A stretch of DNA of 64,000 nucleotides from an uncultured Bacilli bacterium (lineage in GTDB: Bacteria > Bacillota_I > Bacilli_A > RF39 > UBA660): NCBI GenBank assembly GCA_947585065.1, contig CANPWX010000001.1:7274-71273 (forward strand), read 5' to 3'. Shown here in pieces: positions 1 through 13,434 of this stretch; the stretch's first letter is position 1; the number at the start of each line of letters is the position of its first letter. The position numbers were made by a program, and so were the translations under genes. Below the pieces are notes generated by a model. It had not been told where the DNA came from. It searched no databases and saw nothing but the letters and a program-made list of their open reading frames with translations.

Positions 1-1
1 A

Positions 2-940
2 GGCTTGACTACTAAAGCCTATGTAGATGAATCTATTAACGATGCATTGTCACCAGTGACTCAAAATATAGAGCAATATGTTACTAATTGATTAGATGAG
101 CATCCAGAAGCAACAACAACAGTAGAGGATGGATCTATATCAGCTCAAAAATTAGAGAAAACTTTATCGGATAAAATGAGTAGATTTAGAGCTGATTATA
201 AATTTTCAGATACTTGAGAACTTAATAAAAATGATTTAAATATAATCGTTGGAGATGGAAATATGCCAAATGGTATAGGTTCTAAAAATATGATTTTAGG
301 TATCGAAAGTTTACAAGCTAATAATCAAGAACATAGCGCAAATAGTGAAATTGCTATTGGATATCATAGTTTATTTAGAGATTGAGATGGACATTTAAAT
401 ACATCAATAGGACATGAAGCTATGGATAATGTTTCTCATGGTGAATATAATGTTGCTATTGGGCCTAGTGCTTTACGTTGTCAAAGAGTAGCTAATTATG
501 ACGGAAATAGCATTGAAGGTGAAACGGCTAATAATAATACTTGTGTAGGTCATGATACAATGCTATATGCTTATGGAAGTAATAATACTATATTAGGAGC
601 TGAAGCATTAAGAGGAACAGGATATGGCTCTACTGGTTCTAATAATATTGCTATTGGCTATTGCGCTGGCAAATGAAATACTGATGAAAATGACCATTTA
701 TATATAGATAATCAAGACAGAAAAAATAGAAGTGGTGAAATTAATAAATCTTTAATTTATGGAACTTTTGCGGAAGACATAGCAAACCAATTTGTTAAAA
801 TTAATGGAATGTTTGCTTGCAATGGAGTTACTCCGCAAGCACCATTAGTAGCGAAAAATGATGCAACTGATTTACAAACCGCAATAGAATTATTAAATCA
901 AATTAAAGATGCGTTACAAAAAGCTGGTATAATGAAATAA
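2..940 (+). CDS. Tail fibre-like repeat protein (5' partial; continues upstream of window); in-frame TGA at 98, 215, 383, 674 read as Trp
   Basis: Frame 2 is open from position 2 to TAA at 938-940 except for TGA codons. Repeats of the NxAIGxxAL / GYGSTGSNNIAIGYCAG type resemble Hep_Hag-like fibre repeats. Confidence 0.55.
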
Positions 941-1054
941 TAAATTACTTATAAAGGTATCAATGATACCATAAAAATCTTTCTTATTTAATAAACTTAA
1001 ATAAGAAAGGAGGCGGAAAGGTCAAGGTATAAAGATCTCTTGACCGATAACCGC

Positions 1055-2887
1055 ATGGATAAATTAAAATACGTTAAATTAGAAAATGAAGATGGTAGTT
1101 ACTCTGAATCAATTCCTCTAGCTGCTGATGCTGAATATATTGATATTAATGGAGATGCTTTACCTAAAATTTTAAATAAAAAACCTTACTATTATAATTC
1201 TGTGGCTGATATGAAAGCGGATACTAAATTACAAGTTGGTGATATGGCTATTACATTAGGTTATTATGAACCAAACGATGGCGGTGCCGCCGAATATAAT
1301 ATTGTTAAAGGAACTTTTCATATTGATTATGGAACATATCATCAGTTGGATAATAATTTAGTTGCTGAATTAATTACACATAATGATACTGTTAATATTT
1401 TACAATATGGAGCAAAAGCAGATGGTATTTATAATAATAGAAATAATTTTACAAGAGCTATGTCATACTCTAAATGTCATCATATAATAGTTCCAGAAAA
1501 AGAAAAATCTTATTTAGTAACAGCTTTACAAATTCAACCAGATATTTTTCTTGAAGGGATTGGTTTTCCTAAAATAGATATTGATTTTGACAATGCTGAA
1601 AACGTAACAAGTTCAATAAAAGGTAGATCAACAATGAAAAATTTATATATAAATTGTTTAGCAGAAAACAAATATGGTTCTAGATTTGCTATTGAAAATA
1701 GTGATGGAGCTAAAATTTTAAATTGTAAATTTGAAGGATTTCGAGATACAGATACTTACAATGCATGAGGAATTTTAATTAGAAAAGAAGCTCATAATTG
1801 AGAAATTAGAGATTGCGAATTTGAAAATAATAGTGAAGCTGATATAGCAATTACTTACGGAGCTAGCAATGGAATTATTTCTCATTGTCGTGGAAGTAAA
1901 TTTAGAATTAATTTAGAACATGATAATGGAGAAGCACATGTTTACAATATAAATATAGAAGATAGCGATATAAAAACATTAACTATTCATGGATATAATT
2001 TTTCTTATATGCCTTTTCATAATATTAATGTATCTAATTGTAAAATAGAAAATCTTGGAGTTCGTTGTGCTGAAGTTAATTTTAATAATTGTAGAATTTT
2101 AGGTTTAATACCTAGTCAATGATATACAAATTATTCTTGTGAGATTAGTAATAATAATTCTTTTTCTTTTGGACCTCAATTAAATAATGATCCTAATTTT
2201 ATGTTATGAAAACATGAATCTAATACTGGAACTGATATTAGAGAATTTTGGCAAAGAAGATATACTAATAATGCTTATAATACAGTAGAAAATACTGAAA
2301 TTGGAAGAACAGTAGTTTTAAATCCAAGAAATAATACTGCTATTGCAGGAATGTATAAATTATTTGCAGTTCAAGCTGGGCATTTTTATATAATGAGAAC
2401 AACTATGAATAATACTAATATAGACTCAGGAGCTTCAAAATATGGTAATTTTGTATATATTACTTGATTTAATGCTGAAAATAATATTATAGATGAAGCC
2501 CATGAAATTTGCATGGATTGTAATAGTAATAAAGGAGTAACAACTAAATTTGCAGAAAAATGATTATGATTATATGCTCCAGAAGGGGCGGTTAAATTAA
2601 AAATTGAACTATGCAATCATAGAACTAGTACTCAAGGAACGACTTGTACGAGATGACATAATTTATTATTAAATGAAGTATTAAATTATGAAAATATTAA
2701 TTATGTTTCTCCAATTGCTAATGATAATAAAACATATAGTTCGACAGAGCCTCCAGTAGGAGATGATGATAATTTTAAAATGATAGGAGATATTATTTAT
2801 AATACTGATTTTGAAACTAATAAAAATATTGAATATTGATTATTAACAAGTAAAGATGGTGTTACGCCAACTTATACAGCAAAATAA
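1055..2887 (+). CDS. Tailspike-like protein with parallel beta-helix (pectin-lyase fold) repeats, paralog A; many in-frame TGA
   Basis: ATG at 1055 (MDKLKYVKLENEDGS). Frame 2 stays open through TGA codons to TAA at 2885-2887. Repeats such as NCKFEGF..DCEFENNS..IAITYGASNGIISHC match a beta-helix. N-terminal block YYYNSVADMK..GDMAITLGYYEPNDGGAAEY is shared with the next gene. Confidence 0.6.
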
Positions 2888-2898
2888 TAATGCTTTAA

Positions 2899-2932
2899 GG
2901 ACTAAATTACTTAAGTAATTTAGTCTTTTTTT
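2899..2932 (+). terminator. Rho-independent terminator (GGACTAAATTACTTAAGTAATTTAGTCC-like hairpin followed by T8)
   Basis: Inverted repeat followed by TTTTTTTT immediately after the stop at 2887. Confidence 0.6.
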
Positions 2933-2975
2933 TATATTATATTAAGGAAAATAAAAATTAAAGGAGGTAATCCTT

Positions 2976-5015
2976 ATGGATAAAATAAAAGCGCTAAAGG
3001 TAAAAGAACCAGATGGTTCACTTAGTGAGAATACATATTTTATAGGTATAGATGCTACAAATGTAGATATGACTAATGGTGAGAATGTTCAAGATACTAT
3101 TGGTAATATAGATTTTAAAGCTGATGGAAGTGTTAAAAAACAATTAGAAGATTTAAGAAAAAATATACCAAATCTTGAAAATGTAGAAAATTTATCTAAA
3201 AAAATTGATAATAATACAAAAGCTATTACTAATATAGAAGGCTCTTTAACACCTATGCGGAATGATATTGATCAATTACAAAAAGATATGAGCAAGAAAG
3301 TTTATTATTATAATACAGTTGCGGAAATGAAATCTGATGCGCAATTAAAAGAAGGGGATATGGCGATTACTCTTGGATATTATAGCGCAAATGATGGTGG
3401 CGGAGCTGAATATAAAATAGTAAGCGGCAATAAATATACTGATGATGGTGGAAGTTATCATAAAATAAAAGATGAATTGTTTGCAGAATTAATTATTAAA
3501 AATGATACAGTTAATGTAAAACAATTTGGAGCAAAAGGCGATAATCAAACTTTTGATACTGACGCTTTTTTAAATGCCATAAAATCTGCTAAAATTATTG
3601 AAATTCCTGAGGTTGAAGACGCTTATTTAGTAGGTGTTTTTGCTATTAGAGAAAATAAAAAAGTTATAGGATTATCTCAAAATAAAGTTAAAATAAATCA
3701 ATTAAGAGGAGAAAATCCTCTAGGTATGGCAGCAATTTTTGCTAATTCATCTGTTGAAAATATTTATTTAAATAGTCTAGATGAAAGTAAACAATGAAAT
3801 AGATGAGGATTAAGTGGAGATAATATTATTATTAAGAATTGTAAAATAGAAGGTTTTAGAGATAATACTAATAACAATGCTTGAGGACTATATCTTAAAA
3901 ATAATAATAATGTAATTATAAAAGATTGTATTTTTGAAAATAATTCACAATCAGATATAGCTATTGTAGATGGAAATTCAAATATTATTATTGAAAATTG
4001 CACTGGTAGTCATATGTATATAAATATGGAACCAAATAATGTAATTATAAATAAAAATATTACAATAAGAGATTGTAATGTTTGAAAGATATCTATGTTA
4101 GAAAACAATTATACTGTTCGTTCGCTTCAAGATATTACAATTGAAAACTGTAATATTGAAGTACTTATGTATAGAGGTGGAAGTGGAAATTTAATAAATA
4201 ATAAGATAGATTCTATTAAAATTCCAGGCGGAGCAAATCATATTTATGCAGGTATACTTCATAATATTAATTCATATGGATATGGGAAACAGATAAATGA
4301 CGACCCATTTTTTTATAATATTACAAATCATGTTGACGAAGTAAAATCTCCTAATTGATCAATAAAATATAGTAGTACAGGTGAGAATATAAGACGTATT
4401 GACGATGAAATTAAAGGAGATGTACTTCAATTAAATCCAAATCATTATAAATCTGCTATGAGAATAATAAAATCTTTTGATATTAAACCAAATACACTAT
4501 ATGAAATAAAAACTTTAATGAATACAACAAATGGAGAAAGCATTCATACTGGAGGGCATGGATTAAGTATTGATTATATGACTCAAGATAACACTCTTAT
4601 AGAAACAAAAGATATTTGCATAGATAGAAATGCAAATATTAATAGTGAAAATGAATGAGAAGAAAAAACATTATTTTTTTTAACTCCTGAAAATGCTGCT
4701 TACATAACTATTACAGTAAGCAATACAATTCCTACTACAACAGATTATAGTATGACAACATGAAAATATTTATTAATTAGAGAAGTCAATTGTACTAATA
4801 AAATTAATAATAATTTAACATTAAAAGATATAAAATCTTATGCTACTTCTGCTCCAACTACTGGTATAAATGCAGTTGGAAGAACTAATAATTTAAATTT
4901 AAAAGGAGAACGATTATATTTACCTTTGAATAGTTTGACAGAAGACTCTGCTTATGAAGGATGAGTTTGCATAAAAGATGGAAACCCAGGAACTTGGAAG
5001 CAGTTTGGAAAAATA
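2976..5015 (+). CDS. Tailspike-like beta-helix protein, paralog B (N-terminal coiled-coil segment then pectate-lyase-like repeats); TGA read-through
   Basis: RBS GGAGG then ATG at 2976. Frame 0 joins track ORFs 2976-3797, 4095-4358 and 4458-4658 through TGA codons to TAG at 5013-5015. N-terminus YYYNTVAEMKSDAQLKEGDMAITLGYYSANDGGGAEYKIVSG is paralogous to gene 1055-2887. Confidence 0.6.
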
Positions 5016-5026
5016 GGTGAATAATA

Positions 5027-5052
5027 AAAGACTTAAAATAAGTCTTTTTTTT
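5027..5052 (+). terminator. Rho-independent terminator (AAGACTTAAAATAAGTCTT + T9)
   Basis: Perfect hairpin plus T-run right after the stop at 5015. Confidence 0.65.
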
Positions 5053-5133
5053 TGGTTTAAAATAATTAAACTATTTAAAAAAACTTTTAATTATAATAGA
5101 AAGAAAAAAGATAGATAAAGGGAGGTTTTTTAC

Positions 5134-5865
5134 ATGACAGTAGAAGACGTAAAAGAATTATTAGAATTAATAACTCCTTATATTTATGTCATCGCCCCTA
5201 TAATTTTTGGTATTTATTTAAAACTTAGAGATAAATTTAAAGAAACTCAAACAAAAATAAAAGATTTAGATGTAGCAAAAGCAAAAGAAGAATATAGCGT
5301 GTGAAAGCATGAAGAATCACAAAGAGTTATAAGAAAAATTAAAGATATGTGTAATCTTTATAAAGATAAAAGCAATGCTGGTTTAGCTCAATATTTGCAA
5401 TTAGAAAATGGAACCATGGCTACTAGTAAAATATGCAATATGTTTGTATCTTGTTTAGCTGAAGATGATAGATATGGTAGAATACCTAAATTAAGTAGCA
5501 GATTACAAAGAGTGCCATATGCAAAAGTAACAAGTTGAATTAATAAAATTATTCAAAATAAAGAAAGCTCAATTAATTATGTATTAACACCAAATGCGGC
5601 TGCCGCTGATTATTCTTTTACTGACATCATTGATGCACCAGAGATAAAATCTTGTATTATTGCTCCAGTTTATGACCAAAACGAAATATTATTAGGTATG
5701 TGCATTTTTTATTATCCTGAAATTAATTTCTGTAACCATGAACAACAAGAGATAGAACTAATTAATCGTTTTAGAACAGCTATTGAGAGCGTCTTATGAG
5801 AATATCATAATGATAGAAAACATAAAAAACAAACCTTAAAGTTGGAGGGCGAGATTAATGAATAG
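5134..5865 (+). CDS. Hypothetical protein (243 codons, 2 in-frame TGA)
   Basis: RBS AAAGGGAGG then ATG at 5134. Frame 1 is open through TGA codons to TAG at 5863-5865. It contains track ORF 5347-5538. Confidence 0.5.
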
Positions 5866-6192
5866 TTTATATGATGCAAGATTTTCAATTTTTATCATTT
5901 TAGACATATTAGGAATTTGTTTATCTGCTTTTATATTTAAAAAATTTATAAAAAAGTTTCCTAACAAGCTAATTCCATTAGTGAATATTAGTATGTCTAT
6001 GATAACAACAATTTGTTATTTAGATTATCATTTCCAAAAGAAAGCACCTATGTTATTTTTAATAGTAATGGGTTTAATTGATGGATTAGCGGCAACGGGA
6101 TTACATCAATTAGTAAAACAAACAAAACAATATATTTTTATAAAATGAAAAATTAAAAATTTTAGAAAAGACAAAAGAAAAATTGTTATGTA
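5858..6192 (+). CDS. Small hydrophobic membrane protein (possible holin-like), 1 TGA
   Basis: The ATG overlaps the upstream stop. There are two to three hydrophobic segments (IFIILDILGICLSAFIF; MITTICYLDY; LFLIVMGLIDGLAATG). The ORF continues past TGA at 6146 to TAA near 6190. Confidence 0.4.
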
Positions 6193-6227
6193 ATTAACAA
6201 TTTAAAAGAGAAAAAGGAGAGATATAT

Positions 6228-9200
6228 ATGGCAGTTAATATCAATTTATTTCCTCCTGTTTTAGACGTCTACATGCCTGCTTTTTTGATTAATAGTAGTG
6301 ATATTCAAAAGAATATATGTAGGGTCTATTTTTCTATTTCTGCTTATAATAATTTATCAGAAATAAAAAATATACAAGTAACAGTAACAAATCAAAATAC
6401 TAATATATCAGTTTTAAATAGAACTAATTATCCGTGTGAAATAATGTTAAGCGAAGTTAAAACTGATTTAACTAGAGATTCTGATGATAAATATTATGTT
6501 GAAATAAAATCAAGTGATATTGAGGGAGGATTTCAAATAAATCAGTATTATAAAGTTCAATTAAGGTTTACTGGCGCGGATGCCGCTAATGTGGATTTGA
6601 CCTTGCCTCAGGCGATTGATAGCTGGCTTACCGCAAATTTGTCTAACTTCTCAGAATGGTCAACAGTATGTTTAGTTAGAGGAATAAGTACTCCTACTTT
6701 GTCAATATTAGGATTTGATTCAACAGCAGACACAACTCTATGGTCTTTAAATAATGTTGATTTAGTTGGACATTTATCTTTTGCGGATTCCGCGGAAACT
6801 GATACATTAAAAAGTTATCAAATTAAACTTTATAATGCTAATAATGAATTATTAACTGATAGCGGTTTATTATACACTAATAATTATACTAATATAAATG
6901 AATTTAGTTATGTTTTTGAATATAACTTAAATGAAGGAGATAGTTATTATTTTACTTTTGAATATGAAACTGCTAATATGTATAAAGAAAGTTATAGATA
7001 TGATTTTATAATAATTCAAGAATCAGCAGAGATGCTAGATGCAGAAATGACTGCTATACTAGATGAAATCAATGGTTGTATTGGAATAAATATTAAAGAT
7101 AAAATGGGTGTAAATACTTTTGTTGGAAATATTACTATTAGAAGAACATCAAGTGAAAGTAATTTTACTATATGAGAAGATATACATACGGCTTCTTTTG
7201 AAGATAATTCAATATTAGATTACACTTGGTGAGATTTCACTATTAAGAGCGGTGTTTATTATAAATATTTAGCTCAAAAAAGAACTAGTGTAGGTAATAG
7301 AGGTATTCCAATTTATCCTAACAATAATGAACCTATTATGATGTTATTTGATACTATGTATTTAACAGGTCAAGGAAATCAATTAAATATTAGATTTGAT
7401 CCAAAAATAAGTTCATTTAAACGAAATGTTAGTGAGTCTAAGACTGATACTATTGGTTCTAAATATCCATTTGTAAAAAGAAATGGTTATATGGATTACA
7501 AGAGTTTTCCTATTAGTGGTTTAATAACTCATCTTATGGATCCTAGTCATTCTATAACATCAAAAGAAAAAGAATTTAGAGATAGTCTAAGTTATTATGA
7601 AGAATTCAATAAAAAGAATAGAATTGACGATTTTAATGATTGAACTTATGAGCGTGAATTTAGAGAAAAGGTATCTGATTTTTTATACGCTAATAAAGTT
7701 AGATTGTTTAGATCTGCAACTGAAGGAAATATATTAGTTAGATTAATGGATATTAATTTTACTCCTAATGAAATATTAGGTAGAAGAATTTATACATTTA
7801 CTGCGACAGCTTATGAAATTGATGAATTTAATATTAAAAATTGTGATAAATATGGAATAAATAGCTTAGGTACATACGACACACAATTACAATTTAATCA
7901 AGATTATATAGGCCAATTTAATGAAATTATACCTGCTGGTATAAATGTATTAGAACTAATTGAAGAAAAATATAAAAAATATACAAAAGAAGGCTATGTA
8001 GTTAATATAGATTATTTAGATTTTTTAAGGATTGAGATGGAAGATAAGCCTTATTTGATTAATGAAAATGCGGACGGGCCTTATGTAGTTAATGACCGCA
8101 TTCGTGCGCGTGAAGAACTGACTTCCGCATATTTAGGCTATTTAGTTTATATTAATGAACAGCCTATTGTAATTAATCCTGAAGGTATATATGAATTAAA
8201 AGGTGAAGATATTAAAATTACTTCATTACGTTTTCCTATTGATACAAAAATAAATATTGATTATCATACTTATATTAGCCAAAAAGAAGATAATACTCAA
8301 CTAGTAAAAACTAATACTTTTTATAAAAGAGTTGGACAATTATGAGGGGGATTTGCGCCTAATGATTCTTTATATCAACAAATTTGAAATAAATATTTTG
8401 AAAAATATTCAACGTATATGCAAACATTATTGTCTTTAGATGAGATTAAAGTAGAGGCTGAACCTGGTACTGTAGTATACGTTAAGGAATCTAAAGATAA
8501 AGATTTTCAACGTCATGTAATTGGTGAAACTCATACTTTAGATTTTTATTCTGAAGATTGCACAATTAATGGATTATATTTTGCAGGCTTGCATTTTGAA
8601 GAAGCTAATGAAAGTGAAAAAGAAAAAGATATACTTCCAAGTAATAAATTTATAGATACTGGGATAATATTAGATAAGTATGTTAGTGATACATCAGATT
8701 TAATTGAAAATGGTGTATATACATTGGCAGATGATTATTTAGAAGTATTAGACCATTTTGAAGGAGCTTACAGTTTTAAATCTAAAAAACAATTTCCACC
8801 AGATACTGCTTCCGCGAATCAAGATAATATAGAACATAGTGATATAAATAAAGCATACACTTTATTATTAGATAGAGTATATGAGTCTATTGATGATGAT
8901 GGCGGTATATTGGTTGATCATGAATTTGTTGAAGATGTCCATGGAGATTATTGAACTGGAGAACTTTATGTAGATGGTAATTTTGATGAAAATCAAATCA
9001 ATCAAATAGATGCCAATAACTCTGAAGATTTTATTAAATCAGGAGATAAAGTATTAAAAAATGGCTATACATTTAAATCAAAGATGCAAGAACCTGAAAA
9101 TGATACTGCTTCAGCCAATTCTAAGCAAATGGAAAAGTCAGAAACTACATATACAATAAGTTTAAATAAAGAATATGACGAATACTATAATTTAGTAGTT

Positions 9201-9377
9201 TATAAAGAAATAGATAAAGAATATGCTTTATTATTACAAAGATTAATAGATGAAGCAAATAGTAGATATTTATGGCATGATAATAAATGGTGATTATTTA
9301 CTAAAGATAATGATGTTCTTTGTTCTGTTGAAGCTCTCATAGATTACTGTTGTGAAATAGTAAAGGGGAGATATTAA
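6228..9377 (+). CDS. Very large virion structural protein (about 1049 codons) formed by TGA read-through of track ORFs 6228-7175, 7338-7643, 7704-8345, 8418-8954 and 9084-9293
   Basis: All five segments are in frame 0 and separated only by TGA codons. RBS GGAGAG then ATG at 6228, TAA at 9375-9377. Late-arm position suggests a baseplate or tail protein. Confidence 0.5.
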
Positions 9378-11434
9378 TGAAAAAGAGATATGAATATTCT
9401 AATGATGCTGATTTTTTAAATGAATTTAACAATGAGAAATTAAAAGAACAATTTGTAAAAATAACCATTTTAGATTGATTAGAAAGACCTATCCAAGAAG
9501 TACAAGGTATTGTGACTGGAGGAACTATTAATTTAGATGGTAATTCTAGTGTTCGAAGAACAGTTAATCTTTCTGCTTTTATAAATGAAGAAGAAATAGC
9601 TAGAGTTACCAATCTAGATAATTTATTTGCTATGAATAAAAAAATGTTTTTAGAAATTGGTTATATAAATACAACCGATAAATATTTACAATATCCAATT
9701 ATATGATTTCCGCAAGGACATTTTATAATGTTTAATCCAAATTTAACTCATTCAGTGGGCGGAAGCTCGCTTCAAGTATCATTAAGAGACAAAATGTGTT
9801 TATTAAATGGAGAGTGCGGAGGTACCATACCCGCATCTACGCAATTTGATGAATATGATACTATTGATGATAAAGGCAATTGGATAACTCAAAAGCCGAC
9901 TTTTGAGCAAATTATAAGAGAACTTGTAAATCATTTTGGAGGAGAACAACTTGGAAAAATAATTATAAGTGATGTTCCTAGAAGAGTAAAAAAAGTAATG
10001 AAATGAATTGGAAATTCTCCAGTTTATTTAATTAATAATGAAGGTTCATACATTATGAGTACAAATTATGCGGATGTCGCAGATAAATCATATCAAGTAT
10101 TTGATTATGGTGAAGACATAGGATATATATATACTGATTTTACTTGTCCTAGTGAATTAATTGGAAATGCTGGAGATAATGTATGTACTATATTAGATAA
10201 AATAAAAAATATGCTAGGAAATTATGAATATTTTTATGATGTTGATGGAAATTTTATTTGACAAGAAATTAAAAATTATCTAAATACAACAAAAGCAACT
10301 GTAGATTTAGAAAAAATGACTAAAGATGATTATTTAATTGATGCAAGTAAAGGTAAAACAGTATACAATTTTAATAATAGTGTTTTAATTACTTCATTTT
10401 CTAATTCTCCTCAATACAATAAAATTAAAAATGATTTTATTGTATGAGGAATTAAAGAAAACGCTAATGGAAATAATGTTCCTATTAGATATCATTTAGC
10501 TATTGATACTAAACCAAAAATTGGAAATATATATGATGTATTTTTTTATGAAGATCCCGATGATGGATTAACAAAAGCAAAAATGCCTATATTATATAGA
10601 AGTTTTGCAGAAATTAATAAAACGCCTGGCGCAGCTGGAATATTTTATAAAGCTACTGATACTAATATAATATATCAATGAAATGGTAATAAAGAAAAAT
10701 ATGAAGAAGTAGATACTGAGACAACTCAATTTGTTAAAGTTCAAACTACGGATTGACGTTCTGAATTGTATTTACAAGGAGTTCAAGCTGAACCTCTAGG
10801 GATAGCTTCAAATTATTATTATACAGAATTGATGAACGAGTGGCCAAAGCTGTATAATTTACAAAAGGATTTTTACATAGATAATGAAGGTACAAAAATA
10901 TATACTGGTGGATTTTATGATGAAGTATTAAAAACTCCTAGTAATATAGATTATTACCTAGATTTTATAGATTCTAATGCTGCGATATCGCAATTCAGCG
11001 TTAATAATATTGGTCGTCGCACTCACGTTGTTAATAGTAATGATATTAATTGTGTATTTGAACCTACTATTCCAGATTTTATAATAATAGAATTAGGTAG
11101 ACCAGATACTGAAGAAAAACGTAGAGAATGCGAAGCTAAAGGGCAAAATTACATTCAAGTGGATACTTCAATATTTAATTTATTAGCTACTGGTGGAAAT
11201 TTAAATTCTGCATATAATGAAGTTAAAATGTTATTGCATGAATATACAAGTTATAATGAGAGTGTTAATATTCAAACAGTTCCTATATATAATTTAGAAC
11301 CAAATATTAGAATTGGCGCTAGGGATATAGAAAGTGATATCTATGGCGATTATATGATTTCTAGTATTTCTATCCCTCTTGATGTTGGTGGAACAATGTC
11401 AATATCAGCAACTCGAGCTTTAGAAAGATTTTAG
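9377..11434 (+). CDS. Structural protein (about 685 codons) joining track ORFs 9512-9706, 9728-10006, 10055-10261 and 10766-11434 via TGA codons
   Basis: The ATG at 9377 overlaps the stop of the previous gene (TAATGA). All segments lie in frame 2. TAG stop at 11432-11434. Confidence 0.5.
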
Positions 11435-11453
11435 AGTAAAAGGAGTGTTAAAG

Positions 11454-12155
11454 ATGAGTTATAAATTCGGACAATTTAGAAAAAGTCAATTGCAATCTTA
11501 TTTAACACCTTTAGAATATACTTTGGATGATATAAAAGTAGAATCAAGTCTTTCTAAAGGAGTTATTTTTGTAGATAAAGGAATTGATTTATCTGGAAAA
11601 AATATATTACAAGCATTGACTGAAAATAATAAACAAAGAAGTTATTATTTAAGATTTAGAATAGAAAAACAAGAAACTAATCAATTAATTAATATTAGAT
11701 TAATTAATACAGATAAAAATAAAGATAATGTTCAAACCATAAAAACTATAAATGTTGAAAGCGGAAAAGATGATTATTCTACATTTGAATTAGTTATAAG
11801 CCCAAATGATAATCATTCTTATAATCAAATATTTTTTGAATTAAATAGAGAATTAATTGATTATAATACTCTTAATAGCGATGGTACTTATGGTAGAACA
11901 GTTAAAATAATAATTGAAAGATTAGATGAAATATATAATGTTATTGATTTTTTAAACCCTTCTATTGAAAATAAAGGAAGATTGAAACAAATTGGTATCC
12001 AAGGTCCTCCTGGTTTATTAATGAGCATTAATGGAGAAGATATTAGGATTGGTAGAAGTGGAATATATGAAATTAATAATAAAATAAATGTTACTTTTAT
12101 AGGCTTCATTATTGAAGCAGATGAAAAATATTTCATTTTAGATTATCAATATTAA
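11454..12155 (+). CDS. Structural protein (234 aa) with C-terminal GIYE motif
   Basis: RBS AAGGAG then ATG at 11454. The ORF is intact without TGA. C-terminus reads DIRIGRSGIYEINNKINVTFIGF..ILDYQY. Confidence 0.55.
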   Translation: MSYKFGQFRKSQLQSYLTPLEYTLDDIKVESSLSKGVIFVDKGIDLSGKNILQALTENNKQRSYYLRFRIEKQETNQLINIRLINTDKNKDNVQTIKTINVESGKDDYSTFELVISPNDNHSYNQIFFELNRELIDYNTLNSDGTYGRTVKIIIERLDEIYNVIDFLNPSIENKGRLKQIGIQGPPGLLMSINGEDIRIGRSGIYEINNKINVTFIGFIIEADEKYFILDYQY

Positions 12156-12168
12156 GGAGGAAAGCGCA

Positions 12169-13434
12169 ATGGAATACAATAGTTTTTATGGAGGAAGAAG
12201 AGGAGCTTCTTTCGTTATTATAAAGTCTTATAAAAGTATTGCTGATATGGTTGCCGCTTTTCAACAAGGTGGAGCTTATAAAGTAGTTAATTATGATGAA
12301 TATGTTTTAATTGATACTGAAAATAAAAATGATAAAGATAATGGTAAAATTTATCGTAGAGGGTATGAATATAACAATTCTATGGGTGGAGCTGATTATA
12401 TTGGACAAATTGTCGGTCCAGCTGGTATGGCTCCGCATACTGAAATGCATACTATTGAAGAAGTAGAACAAATAGCTGAAAGAGATGGTTTTGAATATAG
12501 AAAAGGCAGCGGAAGCTATGATGTTCAAGGAAATAATTTAATACCTGGAAAATATGTAGAACCTGGTTCTGGAGTTATTCATTATAATGATGAAATTAGT
12601 TGAGCTTATTGTTCTGTAAGAGATATCAATTCACATGAATCAACAGCTCATATTGGTTTTAGATTTCCTTATACTGTAATTGATTATACAACTACATCAA
12701 TTAGTACATATAAAGATGGTAATTATACTGATACATCTAGTGCAGAAAGAATTGATGATGGCAGTCATCCTTTTTATGAAAAATGAAATATTAAAATACC
12801 TAAAGGTATTAAAGGAGATACATTAAAGAATTTTAGAGTTATGACTGCTAATACTGCAATTGAGCCTTACTCAGGTAGAGATGATGATATTGCTAACAAT
12901 AGAAAAGTATTAGTTTATGATTATTATATTTATGATGATAAAGAAGATGGAATTTTTAAAACTTATTATGTAGGAGATTATAATAAAATTTCTGATGTAA
13001 AAGTTGAAAAGAATGGAAAAGTTACTATTAGTTATGAACATGATGATGATGATAACTATTTATTAAACATTCCTATTTCAGTTAATATATTAACAGGAGA
13101 AACAGAAGGTAGTGGAAATCAAAAAATTGAAATAACATATGCCGATGGGACTAAACAGGAAATAGGTAATCCACTTAATTATATAATTAAAACTGCTATT
13201 GATAATAGATATCATTTATTAGTTTATTATTCAGACCCTGAAAAAAGAAATGCTGGAACTAAAGTTTCTTGAGATGGAAATGATGATTGGACTGACTTAG
13301 GATATATTGGTGACGGAACTGGGAATGGAGCAGTCGCTGGGAAAGAAGATGACGAAGGCGTTAAAGAAGTTGCTAACCATATGCCTGTATATAGTGTATG
13401 GATGATAGTAGAAGAAGATGGTAACAATGAATAA
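12169..13434 (+). CDS. Structural protein (about 421 codons) joining track ORFs 12169-12603 and 12841-13272 through TGA codons
   Basis: RBS GGAGG then ATG at 12169. Frame 1 is open through four TGA codons to TAA at 13432-13434. Confidence 0.5.

Noticed and set aside
2386-2616. Minus-strand ORF (76 aa) inside the tailspike gene, and similar antisense ORFs at 3764-4003, 9337-9612, 11888-12136, 12307-12528, 13227-13466, 17478-17870, 22462-22704, 32059-32301, 33012-33203, 38431-38655, 43090-43482, 43160-43369, 45925-46251, 47913-48116, 49077-49310, 53355-53543, 56642-56944, 57129-57362, 59315-59533, 60532-60750, 62250-62444
   Set aside because: These are shadow ORFs antisense to well-supported genes or overlapping tRNAs. 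They are low-complexity, have no RBS, and are not conserved-looking.
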